In this document: in pieces, positions 48,637-59,429 of the stretch
How the letters are laid out: every line of letters begins with the position of its first letter
Position numbering within the stretch: position 1 is the first letter of the stretch
Notes under the pieces: model-generated
Databases searched by the model: none
Seen by the model: the letters and a program-made list of their open reading frames with translations, nothing else
Told to the model about the DNA's origin: nothing
Translations under genes and position numbers: made by a program
Source of the DNA: an uncultured Pseudomonadota bacterium
GTDB taxonomy: Bacteria; Oederibacteriota; Muellerivitia; Muellerivitales; Muellerivitaceae
DNA length: 64,000 nucleotides
Assembly: GCA_963770835.1 (NCBI GenBank)
Contig: CAVYRH010000005.1
Location: forward strand, 64,001-128,000
Reading direction: 5' to 3'

Positions 48637-50498
48637 AACCACTTTTGAAACCTTGTAGAGATTTAAGGAACTTCCGGAGCCCTCTAATCGGCTTTTGGGC
48701 CTTGCTGTTCTTCCTGGTTCTGGGCCGGGGGGCGGTCGCCTCAACCCTGACATCAGGGGCTGATTTCCTTCTCATGACGACGGGCGCCCGGCCCGACGGC
48801 ATGGGCCAAGCTTTTAGCGCCGTGGCTGACGACATCAACACCCTGTCCTTTAACCCTGCGGGCTTGGGGAATATCCGTCTTCCGGAGATCGGGTACGGAC
48901 ACGAGGACTTCCTGGCGGACATTGGCTACGACTTCGTGGGGGCGGCGATCCCCCTGGGCGGTTCCGGGGTTTTGGGGCTGGGTTATTTGGGCATGGGGAC
49001 AGCGCCATTCAACAGCACCATTTCGGCCTCCGCGCCCGCCGTTTCGGTCCAGGACACGGCCCTGATCGTTGCTTGGGGAAAATCCTTTAACGGACTTCAA
49101 TTGGGCCTGGGAGCCAAATATATCGATGAGAAGCTCTATACGGTCGAGGGGAAGGGCTTCGGCTTCGATTTCGGGGCCCGTTACCAGGTGGCACCGCAAT
49201 GGACCTTGGCTGGAAGTGTCCTCAACCTAGGCCCGGGTGTCCAGTTCTCAAGCATGGAGCCGCTTCCGTTAGTGGCGAATGCGGGCATCGCCTGGTCCGC
49301 TTGGGAGAATGCTAAACACTCACTCACCTTGGCGGCGGATATTTCTTATGAGGCAACTGACACAACCCAGCGATACGGCCTAGGGGCCGAGTATTGGTAC
49401 GAAAAAACTTTCGCCTTGAGGGCAGGCTATCTGGTTAATTCACAGGTCGAGGGATTTACCGCTGGGGCGGGGATCCGGTTTTCGTTCTTCCAGCTTGATT
49501 ATGCCTTTGAACCCTACAGCAATCTGGGAACAGTTAACCGAATATCGGGCATCTTCCGTTGGGATGGGCCATGGATTCCGGGAGGAGACCTCAACGCCCC
49601 CCAAAACGTTGCTGTCCGCCAAAAGGACTATCAAACCCTTGAAATTAAGTGGGAAAGGGCTTCTGGGCCAGTGAAGGCTTACCAGGTGATGACCCGGCCG
49701 GTCAATGGGAATGACTGGACGGCCTCACAACCTGTTTCCAACACGGTTTACGACCTTAAAAACTACACTCCCGGAACAGCTTACAGCATTGCGGTGCTTT
49801 CTCTCGGGGAAGGAGGAGGCCGAAGTGAGCCCTCACCCGAGATCCGTTTTACAACTCCGGACCAAAAGTCGGCCATTGAACTTGCCCAGCAGGAAGTAGG
49901 AACGACCGCACACAAACAGTCGGTCTCCAACGGTTTATTTGGAAGGGTCGACGGGATAGGGCTCCAACTTTCCTGGGCCGTTCCCCGGGAAAGAGAAATT
50001 ATCGGTTACAACCTTTACCGCAAGTCGCCCGAGGGACAAACGATCAAATTGACCCGCGTACCCACGCAAAAGAACAAGGTCTGGGTGATCAACGCCTCTG
50101 ACTATTGGGGCTACCAGTGGATCGTCACGGCCCTGGAAAGTAAAGGTAAGGAAAAAACTATTGGAACTTATCTCTGGTTTCCAACGGCCGGAGACCTGAC
50201 CCAATTAGGCCAACCCTCGGGCCGCCGTTTGAGCGCTGTAACCCAACCTGACCGGGAAGTCTTCCTCTCCTGGGACGGGGAGCCCGCCGCTACCGGTTAT
50301 ATCCTGCTTTACAGCCCGGCCTTAGACGGTGTTTATGAGATTGAAAGGGAGATCAATACGGCCGATACAAACCTCTTGATGAAGGCCCCCGGGAACCAGG
50401 ACGCCTATTCCTTCATTGTTGTTCCACGGAATGCCGTCGGCGAATGGTATGTCCGCAGCCAGGAAGCCACGGTGACCTTGAGCCGGTCCAACCCTTAA
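48633..50498 (+). CDS. PorV/PorQ-family beta-barrel fused to C-terminal Fn3-like domains
   Basis: ATGA overlap with the upstream stop; FL....[17 protein letters not shown]...L.FNPAGL; LRAGY, DYAF; then APQNV...IKW...Y.V...[10 protein letters not shown]......S.PS and LSW...IIGYNLYR. Confidence 0.85.
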   Translation: MKPLLKPCRDLRNFRSPLIGFWALLFFLVLGRGAVASTLTSGADFLLMTTGARPDGMGQAFSAVADDINTLSFNPAGLGNIRLPEIGYGHEDFLADIGYDFVGAAIPLGGSGVLGLGYLGMGTAPFNSTISASAPAVSVQDTALIVAWGKSFNGLQLGLGAKYIDEKLYTVEGKGFGFDFGARYQVAPQWTLAGSVLNLGPGVQFSSMEPLPLVANAGIAWSAWENAKHSLTLAADISYEATDTTQRYGLGAEYWYEKTFALRAGYLVNSQVEGFTAGAGIRFSFFQLDYAFEPYSNLGTVNRISGIFRWDGPWIPGGDLNAPQNVAVRQKDYQTLEIKWERASGPVKAYQVMTRPVNGNDWTASQPVSNTVYDLKNYTPGTAYSIAVLSLGEGGGRSEPSPEIRFTTPDQKSAIELAQQEVGTTAHKQSVSNGLFGRVDGIGLQLSWAVPREREIIGYNLYRKSPEGQTIKLTRVPTQKNKVWVINASDYWGYQWIVTALESKGKEKTIGTYLWFPTAGDLTQLGQPSGRRLSAVTQPDREVFLSWDGEPAATGYILLYSPALDGVYEIEREINTADTNLLMKAPGNQDAYSFIVVPRNAVGEWYVRSQEATVTLSRSNP

Positions 50499-50615
50499 AG
50501 CGTAAACCACGGCCATAGGAGCCACCAAGGGGGCCAGCCCATCAAGAAGGGTCGAAACGAAGTCCGGCATTATTTAAATTTCTTTTCGGTAACGCTTGGG
50601 GCGGGGTGAGATTTT

Positions 50616-51641
50616 CTAGTTTCCGCCCTGGACCACGACCTTGTAGATTTCAGCCTGGGGCCAATGGTGCCCCTCATGCCAGTTCAGGTCCTTATCCCAA
50701 TAACCGGGGCAGTCATAAGTAGGTTTGGCAAACGTCCCAAAGCTCATTTCGATCAACTTGTATTTCCCGTCCTTATCCCTCAGAAAATCGTAATTCATGG
50801 CCTGAAACCCGAGCTTTTGGGAAATCTCGAAGCCCGCCCTCACCGTTTCATCGGGCATCCGATCACGGCTATAGTCGAAAGAACCGCTGCCCGAAGCCCG
50901 GAAATCGCCCTTTCGCATGTTCCGGGTGAAACCGAAAGCCTTATTACCGATGACAAAGATACGCACGTCATGCTTGTTCTCGGGCATAAAGTCCTGAAAA
51001 AGGACGTAACCCCTTTCGATCTGGGAGTACCGCCGCGCACTAGAGATCTTTTTCGCAAGCTTGGCGAAGGCCTTTACTAACTCCTTGCCCGATTTCAGCT
51101 TTTTAGCCTTGTTCATTCGCACCCCCATGTCGCTGAAGAGTTGGGGAGCCGGGTTGATCCCTGGGCCGAACATTTTTTCGCAGAAGGCCTCGGCCTGCGC
51201 CCTGGTTTTGAGGAGGAAGACGTTGTTGGATGCGGCTCCCCGGCGCAATTTGCCGATGAGGGGTAACTGGGCTTTCCGGACCCATTGAAGCGCCTCCTTC
51301 AAATCGTAAAAAACGGTGGTGGGTACGAGGGGAGCGTTGATGGCTTCCAGGATGTATTTCTGCGCGATCTTGTCGTCGTAGTGCCAGTGGGTGGCCTCGT
51401 TCGGAAAAACTTTCAAACCCATAAACTCAGCGGTTTTGAGGATGTGCCGCGCAAAGTTGAGGTCTTCATAACGCCAGGGATTAAAATTCCAGAAAAGGGA
51501 CGAGAAATTTTGAAGGTACTGGACCGTGTCCGTCCGGAAGCCGTTGATCACCTCATAGGGAATAGAATTTTCCTGGCAGTGGGTGATCCAGCCGTCGGTC
51601 CAGATGTCGTCATAGTATTTGTGGATGGCAACGGGTTTCAT
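50616..51641 (-). CDS. ATP-grasp (RimK-like) ligase of the type found in polysaccharide loci
   Basis: VFPN..T.WHYDDKIAQKY, KLR.GA.S.NV.L, FQDFMP.N..D.RI.VIG..AF...R..R..DFRASGSG, YDF......IE.S. Confidence 0.8.
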   Translation of the reverse strand: MKPVAIHKYYDDIWTDGWITHCQENSIPYEVINGFRTDTVQYLQNFSSLFWNFNPWRYEDLNFARHILKTAEFMGLKVFPNEATHWHYDDKIAQKYILEAINAPLVPTTVFYDLKEALQWVRKAQLPLIGKLRRGAASNNVFLLKTRAQAEAFCEKMFGPGINPAPQLFSDMGVRMNKAKKLKSGKELVKAFAKLAKKISSARRYSQIERGYVLFQDFMPENKHDVRIFVIGNKAFGFTRNMRKGDFRASGSGSFDYSRDRMPDETVRAGFEISQKLGFQAMNYDFLRDKDGKYKLIEMSFGTFAKPTYDCPGYWDKDLNWHEGHHWPQAEIYKVVVQGGN

Positions 51642-51945
51642 TTGATTCTCCTCGAAAAGTTGAATCTGACAGTGTTTTTTCTGTAAAAAAGACTCGCCCT
51701 TCTCGAAATAGTTACCGGCGTACTATAGCTTTTGCCGGGGACAGGAACAAGACGGGGGAGGACCAAAACCCAAGGCGTTCTAAGCGGATTTCTTCGAGGC
51801 CATCGACTTGTTTTTTTCGATCGGATAACCAAGGGCTACTTTTCCCGCCAAAGAACAATTTGAATTCTTATTTCTTTTTTTTGAAGAAACTGGGAATATG
51901 GGTTGTCTGAGTTCCGTTACATTTCCTTAACGAAAGAAACAGCCT

Positions 51946-53334
51946 ATGACGACGATTTCACCTGAAATATTGAAGGCCTTTGACGTCCGGGGGATCTACC
52001 CTAAGCCTTTGGGCGCCCCCCAGGCGGAGCAGATCGGGTTGGCGGTTGGAACGCTCATAAAGGAAGAAGCCAACCGAAATATCAAGGTTGTCGTGGGGCA
52101 CGATATCCGCAATTCAGGTGAAAACCTCAATAAATCCTTGATTCACGGTATGAAGAACACCGGTTTGAAGATTGTGGATGCCGGGGTTGTTTCAACCCCT
52201 CTTTTGGCCTTCGCTTCTCGTTTTTCAGGATCTGCGCTTGGGATTATGATTACTGCCTCCCACAATCCACCGGAGTACAACGGGTTTAAATTCTTCCTCC
52301 AAGGCGCGCCCGCTTCCGTTCCCTGGATGGAGAGGTTTTTCAATGTTTTGAAAAGCCAAAACTTCCGGAAAGGGGCCGGTGTCGTTGAAAAAAAGGATTT
52401 TTATCCTGATTACCGGAACGCTCTCGTCAATAAGATCGCGCAAAATTTCCAGGGCCTCAAAATCATTGTGGACCCCGGCAATGGGGCGGCGACTTTGACG
52501 GCTCCCAAAGTTTTAGAAGCCCTTCACTGTAACGTGGAATTGATCAACGCTCAGGTGGACGGGCGTTATCCGGGCCGGGGGGCCGACAGCTCCGATCCAA
52601 GAGCCCTGGCGGCTCTGGGGGAAAAAGTAAGGAAAGCGAAGGCCCAGATTGGAGTTGCTTTTGACGGAGACGGCGACCGGGCCAGTTTTGTGGATGAAAA
52701 GGGCGTGGAAGTCCCCAATGATGTCATTCTTTGCCTTTTTGCCAGCCATTTCTTGAAGCGTCATAAAAACATGAAAGTGGTTTACGACGGGAAGTGCTCC
52801 GATTGCGTGGAAAAAACGGTCCAAGCAGAAGGTGGAACGGCCCTCCTGGAAAAGTCGGGACATGCCTTTATTTTCAGCCGGATGCAAAAGGAAAAAGCAC
52901 TTTTGGGCGGGGAAGCTAGCGGGCATTTTTTCCTGCCTGGAGATTTTCCTGGAGACGCCCTTTATGCCTGCCTCCGGTTATTGGAAGTCCTAAAGGAAAG
53001 GCGGTTGTCCCTTTTTGAACTCCGGCAACCCTTTCCTGGACGGGTATCTACCCATGACACCAAGTTCGATCTTTCGCCGGATAGGACGGCCCAACTTTAT
53101 GAAGCGCTGGACGCCCGGGCTCGGGAATTGGGAGGGAAAGTCTCGAAATTGGACGGGGTGAGGGCTGTTTTTGAAGATGGTTGGGGTATTATCCGCCGCT
53201 CGGTGACCGAGCCCTATGTTTCCTGCCGGCTGGAGGCATCTACGACAGCCAAATTGACATCCCTCGCGGGGGATTGGTTTCGGGATTTTCCCGAAATCCA
53301 ACAAGAGATTTCGAAGAAAATTAAAGGCAACTGA
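51946..53334 (+). CDS. Phosphomannomutase/phosphoglucomutase
   Basis: KAFDVRG, MITASHNPPEYNGFK, FDGDGDR, GEASGH, DGVR.....GW...R.S.TEP. Confidence 0.95.
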   Translation: MTTISPEILKAFDVRGIYPKPLGAPQAEQIGLAVGTLIKEEANRNIKVVVGHDIRNSGENLNKSLIHGMKNTGLKIVDAGVVSTPLLAFASRFSGSALGIMITASHNPPEYNGFKFFLQGAPASVPWMERFFNVLKSQNFRKGAGVVEKKDFYPDYRNALVNKIAQNFQGLKIIVDPGNGAATLTAPKVLEALHCNVELINAQVDGRYPGRGADSSDPRALAALGEKVRKAKAQIGVAFDGDGDRASFVDEKGVEVPNDVILCLFASHFLKRHKNMKVVYDGKCSDCVEKTVQAEGGTALLEKSGHAFIFSRMQKEKALLGGEASGHFFLPGDFPGDALYACLRLLEVLKERRLSLFELRQPFPGRVSTHDTKFDLSPDRTAQLYEALDARARELGGKVSKLDGVRAVFEDGWGIIRRSVTEPYVSCRLEASTTAKLTSLAGDWFRDFPEIQQEISKKIKGN

Positions 53335-53383
53335 CAATCGGCGGTCGGCGGCAATTACTTAGTTTTTGGATCGAATAAAATCC

Positions 53384-53803
53384 ATGATTTATTGCGTTTT
53401 CATAGGCGAATTTAAAGACAAGCGTCTCCTCCAATTATCGGGAGAATTTTATCAAAGACTGAAACGTCTTTGGCCCGTCACCATTGTTGAAGTTTCAAAA
53501 AATGAAAAAGAAGTCTTGAAGTTCATCCAGGGTAAAAAAGGCAAAGGCCTTCTTATTTCCCTGGATGCACAGGGCGAATCCATGGATTCACTTTTCTTCA
53601 GCCGTTGGGTGACACAATCCCCTCGGGATATTTATTTTTTTGCCTGGGATACCGACGGCCCGCCCAAGGGGCTTTCGGGAATCCTGCCGAAAAGCCTCAG
53701 CTTGTCGCCAATGACCTATTCCCATGAGCTGGCCCGTGTTCTTCTGCTGGAACAATTGTACCGGGCCGGGGCAATTTTACGGGGGCATCCTTATCCGCAC
53801 TAA
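53384..53803 (+). CDS. rlmH: 23S rRNA pseudouridine-1915 N3-methyltransferase RlmH (divergent)
   Basis: LD..G...DS, LSLSPMTYSHELARVLLLEQLYRA..I..GHPY. Confidence 0.75.
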   Translation: MIYCVFIGEFKDKRLLQLSGEFYQRLKRLWPVTIVEVSKNEKEVLKFIQGKKGKGLLISLDAQGESMDSLFFSRWVTQSPRDIYFFAWDTDGPPKGLSGILPKSLSLSPMTYSHELARVLLLEQLYRAGAILRGHPYPH

Positions 53804-53950
53804 CCGAGAATTTCCAATTAATCTTGGGATTTTAACCCTAGAATGAATGGAACCTGCCGCAGCCCTAGTTCGTCCAACACAGCAAGGTATGATTTTAAAA
53901 TTTTTTTCGTTCTGTTGAAACTGGAACTTTGAAAATTAGGAGAAAGCCCC

Positions 53951-54778
53951 ATGGAGCAGAGACACTTCCTCAAAATGACATTTTCCATTATTGCTGGTTT
54001 TTTAATGGTTTTTGGCCTTCCATTGAATGGCATGTCCCAGGCCGACAACACTGGCACACCCGCCCCGGAACCTGTGGAATACGTGATTGAGAGTATTCAA
54101 GGAAATGTCCAAGTACTCGAGGATGGCGCAAAGGATTGGGAAACGGCCCTGGAAGGGCAGGTAGTGGAATCGGGGGACGAAATCAAAACCGGAGATAATA
54201 GTGAAGCCACCTTGATGATGCAGTCCGACACGGCGGTCCATTTAAGCGCCGATAGCGACATGAAGGTCGACCAAATTGGAGCCAATGACACCGGGGGTTT
54301 CCTAAGCCATCTTGTGGTTTTCACCGGGAATATCCTAGCGGACGTTAAGAAACACCTGGAGGAGAGCCATTCCACCTTTGAGGTCGAAGCCAGCGGTGTG
54401 GTTTGCGGGGTCCGGGGAACAGCCTTTGAGATGACCACCCAGAATGGTACCGCCCAAGTGGCTACCCACGAGGGGTCGGTGGCGGTGGGGAATGGGACCG
54501 AAACCCACATGGTTGACGCGGGCAATTTATCTGAATTCCATAATGGAAGCTTCCGTTCACAAAGAAAGCTGGATCGAAACGAAATCAAGAGATTCCAGAA
54601 ATGGCGCGAATTCCGCAAGGTGGTTTTGCGGAAGCGGATTCAAAGGCTGGAGGATATCCGTAATCACCGCCGGGCAGCCTGGGTCCGCAAGCACCCCCAC
54701 GCCCCAAAAGAGCTGTTGAAGCATGAGAAACGTAAGAAGAGGCAATTGCGCCGGCTCGAACATTCCGAGGAAAAATAA
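53951..54778 (+). CDS. Exported FecR-domain protein with a basic C-terminal tail
   Basis: Signal peptide; GDEIKTG..S.A.L, FEV.....VCGVRGTAF, V...EGSV.V. Confidence 0.8.
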   Translation: MEQRHFLKMTFSIIAGFLMVFGLPLNGMSQADNTGTPAPEPVEYVIESIQGNVQVLEDGAKDWETALEGQVVESGDEIKTGDNSEATLMMQSDTAVHLSADSDMKVDQIGANDTGGFLSHLVVFTGNILADVKKHLEESHSTFEVEASGVVCGVRGTAFEMTTQNGTAQVATHEGSVAVGNGTETHMVDAGNLSEFHNGSFRSQRKLDRNEIKRFQKWREFRKVVLRKRIQRLEDIRNHRRAAWVRKHPHAPKELLKHEKRKKRQLRRLEHSEEK

Positions 54779-54824
54779 GGGACTGGTATTCGAATTCTAA
54801 GACAATTAAGATAAACTCAGTTTC

Positions 54825-54858
54825 AGAGAGAGGGGCACCCCCTCTCTCTTTGTTTTTT
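54825..54858 (+). terminator. Intrinsic terminator
   Basis: AGAGAGAGGGG-CAC-CCCCTCTCTCT followed by TTGTTTTTT. Confidence 0.8.
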
Positions 54859-54871
54859 AGCCCGGAGACCC

Positions 54872-56926
54872 ATGAATATCGCCCAAAGACTTTCCGCCGT
54901 CGCCCACGAAACGCGGCTGGAGGATAGACCCCAACAAAACACCATGGCCCAAGCGGTGGCAGAAACCTTGGACGGGGGTGGGTTTTTGATGGTGGAAGCC
55001 GGCACAGGCGTTGGCAAGAGTTTCGCCTATTTAATCCCAGCCTTGGAATACGCCCTCAAGAACGGTGGACCCGTAGTGGTTTCCACACATACCTTGACCC
55101 TTCAGGAACAGCTCTATCAGAAAGATTTGCCCATTGTCTTGAAGACTCTCGAGAAAGAGGGCTTAGGACAAGCCAATGCTGTGTTGATGAAAGGGCGAGG
55201 CAATTACCTTTCCAAAAGGCGCCTGGCTTTGGCCGTTGAAAACAATCAACAGATGGATTTGGACGGGGAAAGCGCAGATCTTCTTAAAGTACAGGAATGG
55301 GCGGTTCGGTCGCCGGAAGGAACCCTGACTTCAGCAGGTTTTTCCATCCCTTCCGATGTGTGGAACGAGGTTAAAAGCGATCCTTTCCACTGCCTGGGGC
55401 CCAAATGTAAGACCTTTGAGACTTGCTTTTACCACTCGGTAAGGCGCAAGGGGTATGGAGCCCACTTGATCCTTGTGAACCACGCTCTCCTCCTCGCGGA
55501 CCTCGCCTTGAAAATGGAATCGGAGCAGGGAGTCCTGCCGCCTTACCAGGTTTTGATTGTGGACGAGGCCCATCACCTACCCGCCCTGGCCGGCGAACAC
55601 TTGGCTACTTCCTTCACCCTTTCGGAATGCCTGGGATTGGTGAAGCGCTTGCTCTACTCCGACGAGAAGGCTGAGGGCGGCCGCAAGGGCTTATTCGCCC
55701 TTTTGCCCGCCTCCGGTGCGGGGGAGGCGGTCATGGAGTTCAAAGCGGCGGCCGAAGGATTTTTCAATGAAATTGCGCTGAGCGCCCTGCCGGTTAACGC
55801 AGTTAATCGAGCCTATCTTCTTCCCGAAAGAACTCCCTCTGTGGGAAAACTAGCCGGACCCCTTCAAAAAATCGAGGCGCTCCTGGAAACTGCGGAAGAA
55901 TCGGCGCCGTCGGAAGAATTGGAACTGGAAGCCAAAGGTACCCGCGAGGAATGCCGGGCCCTCGTCAAGCGGCTTTCTTATATCCTGGAGCGTGGGTGGG
56001 GGGAAGAAGCTTGCTACATCGTGGAACCGGACGGGGCGGCCCTTAGACGGGGGGAAATAAAGGCCTCCGCTATCAAGGCCATTCCCTTGGATGCCTCAGG
56101 CCTCATCCGGGAGAACCTCCTATCGACTGTCAAGTCGGTGGTTTTCACCAGCGCCACGCTTTCGGTTGGCCGCGATTTCACTTATTTCAAACATGCCCTA
56201 GGGTTGGATGATTTTGAAGAATCCCACCGGGTGAAGACCCTGTTGGTAGGATCCCCTTTCAATTACAAAAAACAAGTGATTCTCTTCCTGCCCCGTTCCA
56301 TGCCCCATCCCCGCCGGGAAGAGGAAGGTTACGCCAAGGCGGTTATTGACTATACAAAAGCTTCCTTGAAACATTCCCACGGCAAAGCCTTTGTGCTTTT
56401 CACCAGCTTCAAGATGCTCCGCCAGGTTTCGGAAGCAGTTCGCAATGACTTGGAGGAGATGGGGATCACGCTTTTGGTTCAGGGGGAGGAAGGGTGGGAC
56501 CGCACCCGGCTTTTAAGGGTTTTCCGGGAGGACATTAACTCCGTTCTTTTCGGCGTGAACAGTTTTTGGGAAGGGGTGGATGTGCCGGGGGAAGCCCTTT
56601 CCAATCTCATCATTACCAAATTGCCGTTTCAAGTTCCCGAAGGCCCTCTGGTCGAGGCTCGGCATGCCCGCCTCAAGGAACAGGGTCAGGAGCCTTTTCA
56701 GGTGGAAAGCCTTCCGGAGGCGGTCTTGAGGCTTAAACAAGGATTTGGCCGCTTGATCCGCGCTTCAACCGATGTGGGAACCGTGACCATCCTCGATCCC
56801 CGCCTGACGACCGAGCAGTGGGGAAGGGTCTTTTTGGACGCCCTGCCGGATTGCGAGGTGGTTTATCTTTCCAAGCCCGGAACACCCGAAACGAAAACAG
56901 TGAAAGTGAAAAGTAAAAAGTCGTGA
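54872..56926 (+). CDS. DinG/YoaA-family ATP-dependent DNA helicase
   Basis: VEAGTGVGKSFAYL, DEAH, TSATL, SPF, LFTS, FWEGVDVPG, KLPF, QGFGRLIR. Confidence 0.95.
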   Translation: MNIAQRLSAVAHETRLEDRPQQNTMAQAVAETLDGGGFLMVEAGTGVGKSFAYLIPALEYALKNGGPVVVSTHTLTLQEQLYQKDLPIVLKTLEKEGLGQANAVLMKGRGNYLSKRRLALAVENNQQMDLDGESADLLKVQEWAVRSPEGTLTSAGFSIPSDVWNEVKSDPFHCLGPKCKTFETCFYHSVRRKGYGAHLILVNHALLLADLALKMESEQGVLPPYQVLIVDEAHHLPALAGEHLATSFTLSECLGLVKRLLYSDEKAEGGRKGLFALLPASGAGEAVMEFKAAAEGFFNEIALSALPVNAVNRAYLLPERTPSVGKLAGPLQKIEALLETAEESAPSEELELEAKGTREECRALVKRLSYILERGWGEEACYIVEPDGAALRRGEIKASAIKAIPLDASGLIRENLLSTVKSVVFTSATLSVGRDFTYFKHALGLDDFEESHRVKTLLVGSPFNYKKQVILFLPRSMPHPRREEEGYAKAVIDYTKASLKHSHGKAFVLFTSFKMLRQVSEAVRNDLEEMGITLLVQGEEGWDRTRLLRVFREDINSVLFGVNSFWEGVDVPGEALSNLIITKLPFQVPEGPLVEARHARLKEQGQEPFQVESLPEAVLRLKQGFGRLIRASTDVGTVTILDPRLTTEQWGRVFLDALPDCEVVYLSKPGTPETKTVKVKSKKS

Positions 56927-56976
56927 CGGCCGAACATTCGCACTTACTTTGTTCCTTTTTTCTGTAAAATAAGCCC

Positions 56977-58041
56977 ATGCCCCGTTCCAAAGCACCCGCC
57001 GTCAATAAATCCGTTAACGACCTGCCGGAGGAACTGCGCGTCCTAGACTCCTCAAAGATGGGTGACGATGAGGAACAAACCCTGCGGCCTCGACATTTGG
57101 CCGATTATGTGGGCCAGACAGCCCTTAAAGAATCCCTCTCCATCGCTCTTTTGGCGGCCCAAAAGCGCAAAGAAGCCCTTGAACACGTGCTCCTTTCGGG
57201 TCCTCCCGGCCTTGGTAAAACCACTTTGGCTGGCATTATTGCCAAGGAAATGGGCGTCAACATTAAAACCACATCCGGTCCCGTCATCGAACGGGCGGGG
57301 GATTTGGCCGCTCTTTTGACCAATCTCCAGCCCCACGACTTATTATTCATTGACGAAATCCACCGCCTGCCACGGGTGGTGGAGGAAGTACTGTACCCTG
57401 CCATGGAAGATTTTGAGCTGGATATCATGATCGGAAAAGGCCCCACCGCCAGGGCGATTCGATTGAGCTTGCCTCCCTTCACGCTGGTCGGGGCTACAAC
57501 CCGAGCGGGTAAAGTTAGCGCCCCCCTCCGGGACCGTTTCGGACTATCCTTTCGCCTTGAGTTTTATACGCCGGAGGAATTGGCGGCTATCCTGAAACGA
57601 TCGGCCCAGGTGTTGAAAGTAAGGGTTTCGGACGACGGGGCTGATGAAATTGCCCGGAGGTCCCGTGGAACTCCGCGCCTGGCCAACCGTCTTTTAAAGC
57701 GCGTCCGGGACTTCTCCGAAGTGAGGCGCAAGGGCATCATCGACCGCGAGGTTGCGGACTCGGCCCTGAAACTTTTGGAAGTGGATCAAATGGGGCTGGA
57801 CCAAATGGACCGGCGCATTCTTTCCTGCATCGTGGAGAAGTTCGCGGGCGGTCCCGTTGGGATCGAAACCCTGGCCATGGCTGTCGGAGAGGAGTCGGAA
57901 ACGGTGGAAGATGTCTATGAACCTTTTTTGGTCCAAATCGGGTTTCTGCAAAGGACCTCTAGCGGCCGTAAGGCGACCCTTTTGGCTTACCGGCACCTCG
58001 GCATCACTCCACCCGCGGGAGCCCAAGGGAGTCTTTTGTGA
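56977..58041 (+). CDS. ruvB: Holliday junction branch migration helicase RuvB
   Basis: [57 protein letters not shown]. Confidence 0.98.
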   Translation: MPRSKAPAVNKSVNDLPEELRVLDSSKMGDDEEQTLRPRHLADYVGQTALKESLSIALLAAQKRKEALEHVLLSGPPGLGKTTLAGIIAKEMGVNIKTTSGPVIERAGDLAALLTNLQPHDLLFIDEIHRLPRVVEEVLYPAMEDFELDIMIGKGPTARAIRLSLPPFTLVGATTRAGKVSAPLRDRFGLSFRLEFYTPEELAAILKRSAQVLKVRVSDDGADEIARRSRGTPRLANRLLKRVRDFSEVRRKGIIDREVADSALKLLEVDQMGLDQMDRRILSCIVEKFAGGPVGIETLAMAVGEESETVEDVYEPFLVQIGFLQRTSSGRKATLLAYRHLGITPPAGAQGSLL

Positions 58042-59306
58042 AAGAAGCCAAGTCCAGGCTGAAAAGCTCACAAATATCCGTTTATGTGATTGTTACCTTT
58101 TTGGGCGCGGCTGTTAGCCTTTTCTTTCCGTTTATAGCCCCCTTGCAGGCCGCCAGCCGGTTTTGGTTTGTTTTCATTTGTTTGTTTACGGGTATCGGTT
58201 TTTCCGCCGTCATGTTGCTCATTGTCCAAAAGATTGTCCTGCGGCCACTGGAGGAATTCCTGGACGCCATGGAGAACGCCTCCGAGGGAGACCTGAGCAC
58301 ATCGATCCAAGGAAAGTACCACGGCGACTTCCGCGCCCTTGCCCAGCATTTCAACCGCATGCTGGCCTCCCTGCGCGATTCGGTGGATCAATTGAAAAAA
58401 AGTTCCGAGGAAACCCTTCACTTGGCCGGTCAACTGACGCAAACCATCCAACAGATGCACGGCGCCACGGAGGAAGTTTCCTCGACCATCCAGAACATCT
58501 CCAAGGGTGCGGAAGAGCAGGCCGTCAAAGTCCAGGAGGCCTTTAACATCATCGACAAAATGGCGGGTAACATCCAAACCTCCGCCGAATTGTTAAGCAA
58601 TTCCGAGAAGGTCGTGGCACGCTCGAAGAACGCCTCCGCGGCGGGAAGGCAAGCCGTCCAAAAAACGGTTGCCCAGATGAACGCCATCCACGAGGTGGTC
58701 CAAAGCTCGGCCAGAGAAGTAACTGAACTGGGCGCCCGCTCCAAGGCCATCGGCAAGGTGGTCGACGTGATAACCCACATCGCCGATCAGACCAACCTGC
58801 TGGCCTTAAACGCCGCGATCGAGGCGGCCCGGGCCGGGGAATACGGCCGGGGGTTCGCCGTTGTGGCGGAAGAAGTCAAAAAATTGGCCGACGGGTCTGC
58901 GGAGGCCGCTAACCAGATCGGTGTCATGATCCGGGACATTCAAAAAGAAATCTCTACCGTGGTCAGTACTATGGGGGCGGGCGGGGAAAAGGTGACCGAG
59001 GGCTTGGCGGTTGTCACGGAGGCGGGGGAGGCCCTCAAGGAGATACAAACAGCCTCCGATGAGGTGGCTCTCCAAGTCCAGGAAATTTCAAAATCTTTCG
59101 AGAACCAGGCGGATCAGGCAGGCAAGGTCGTGGAGGCCATCACCAACATCGTGGCGGTTTCTGAAGAAAATGCATCGGCCACCGAGGAAATCTCGGCATC
59201 CACGGAAGAATTGACGGCGTCCATGGAATCCATGGTCGCCGCCGCCCACCAATTGGAGGGAGTGGCCCAACGTCTGAAGGATGCGGCCGCCAATTTTAAG
59301 GGCTAG
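58038..59306 (+). CDS. Methyl-accepting chemotaxis protein (2 TM, HAMP, signalling domain)
   Basis: GDL...[49 protein letters not shown]. Confidence 0.95.
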   Translation: MKEAKSRLKSSQISVYVIVTFLGAAVSLFFPFIAPLQAASRFWFVFICLFTGIGFSAVMLLIVQKIVLRPLEEFLDAMENASEGDLSTSIQGKYHGDFRALAQHFNRMLASLRDSVDQLKKSSEETLHLAGQLTQTIQQMHGATEEVSSTIQNISKGAEEQAVKVQEAFNIIDKMAGNIQTSAELLSNSEKVVARSKNASAAGRQAVQKTVAQMNAIHEVVQSSAREVTELGARSKAIGKVVDVITHIADQTNLLALNAAIEAARAGEYGRGFAVVAEEVKKLADGSAEAANQIGVMIRDIQKEISTVVSTMGAGGEKVTEGLAVVTEAGEALKEIQTASDEVALQVQEISKSFENQADQAGKVVEAITNIVAVSEENASATEEISASTEELTASMESMVAAAHQLEGVAQRLKDAAANFKG

Positions 59307-59429
59307 TTCTTATTTAATCAGATTTTATTATGTATTCCCTTTAAATCAAAAGGTGGTTTTATGGTATAGTTTCATTTCTTCGCTGAATTTTAGAAACAGG
59401 GTATTGCGGAAATTCGAATATATTTTCTC

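Noticed and set aside
55190..55430. DinG Fe-S cluster with the first Cys replaced (NYLS instead of NYLC)
   Set aside because: Three Cys remain and such variants occur in the family as far as I recall; not distinctive enough
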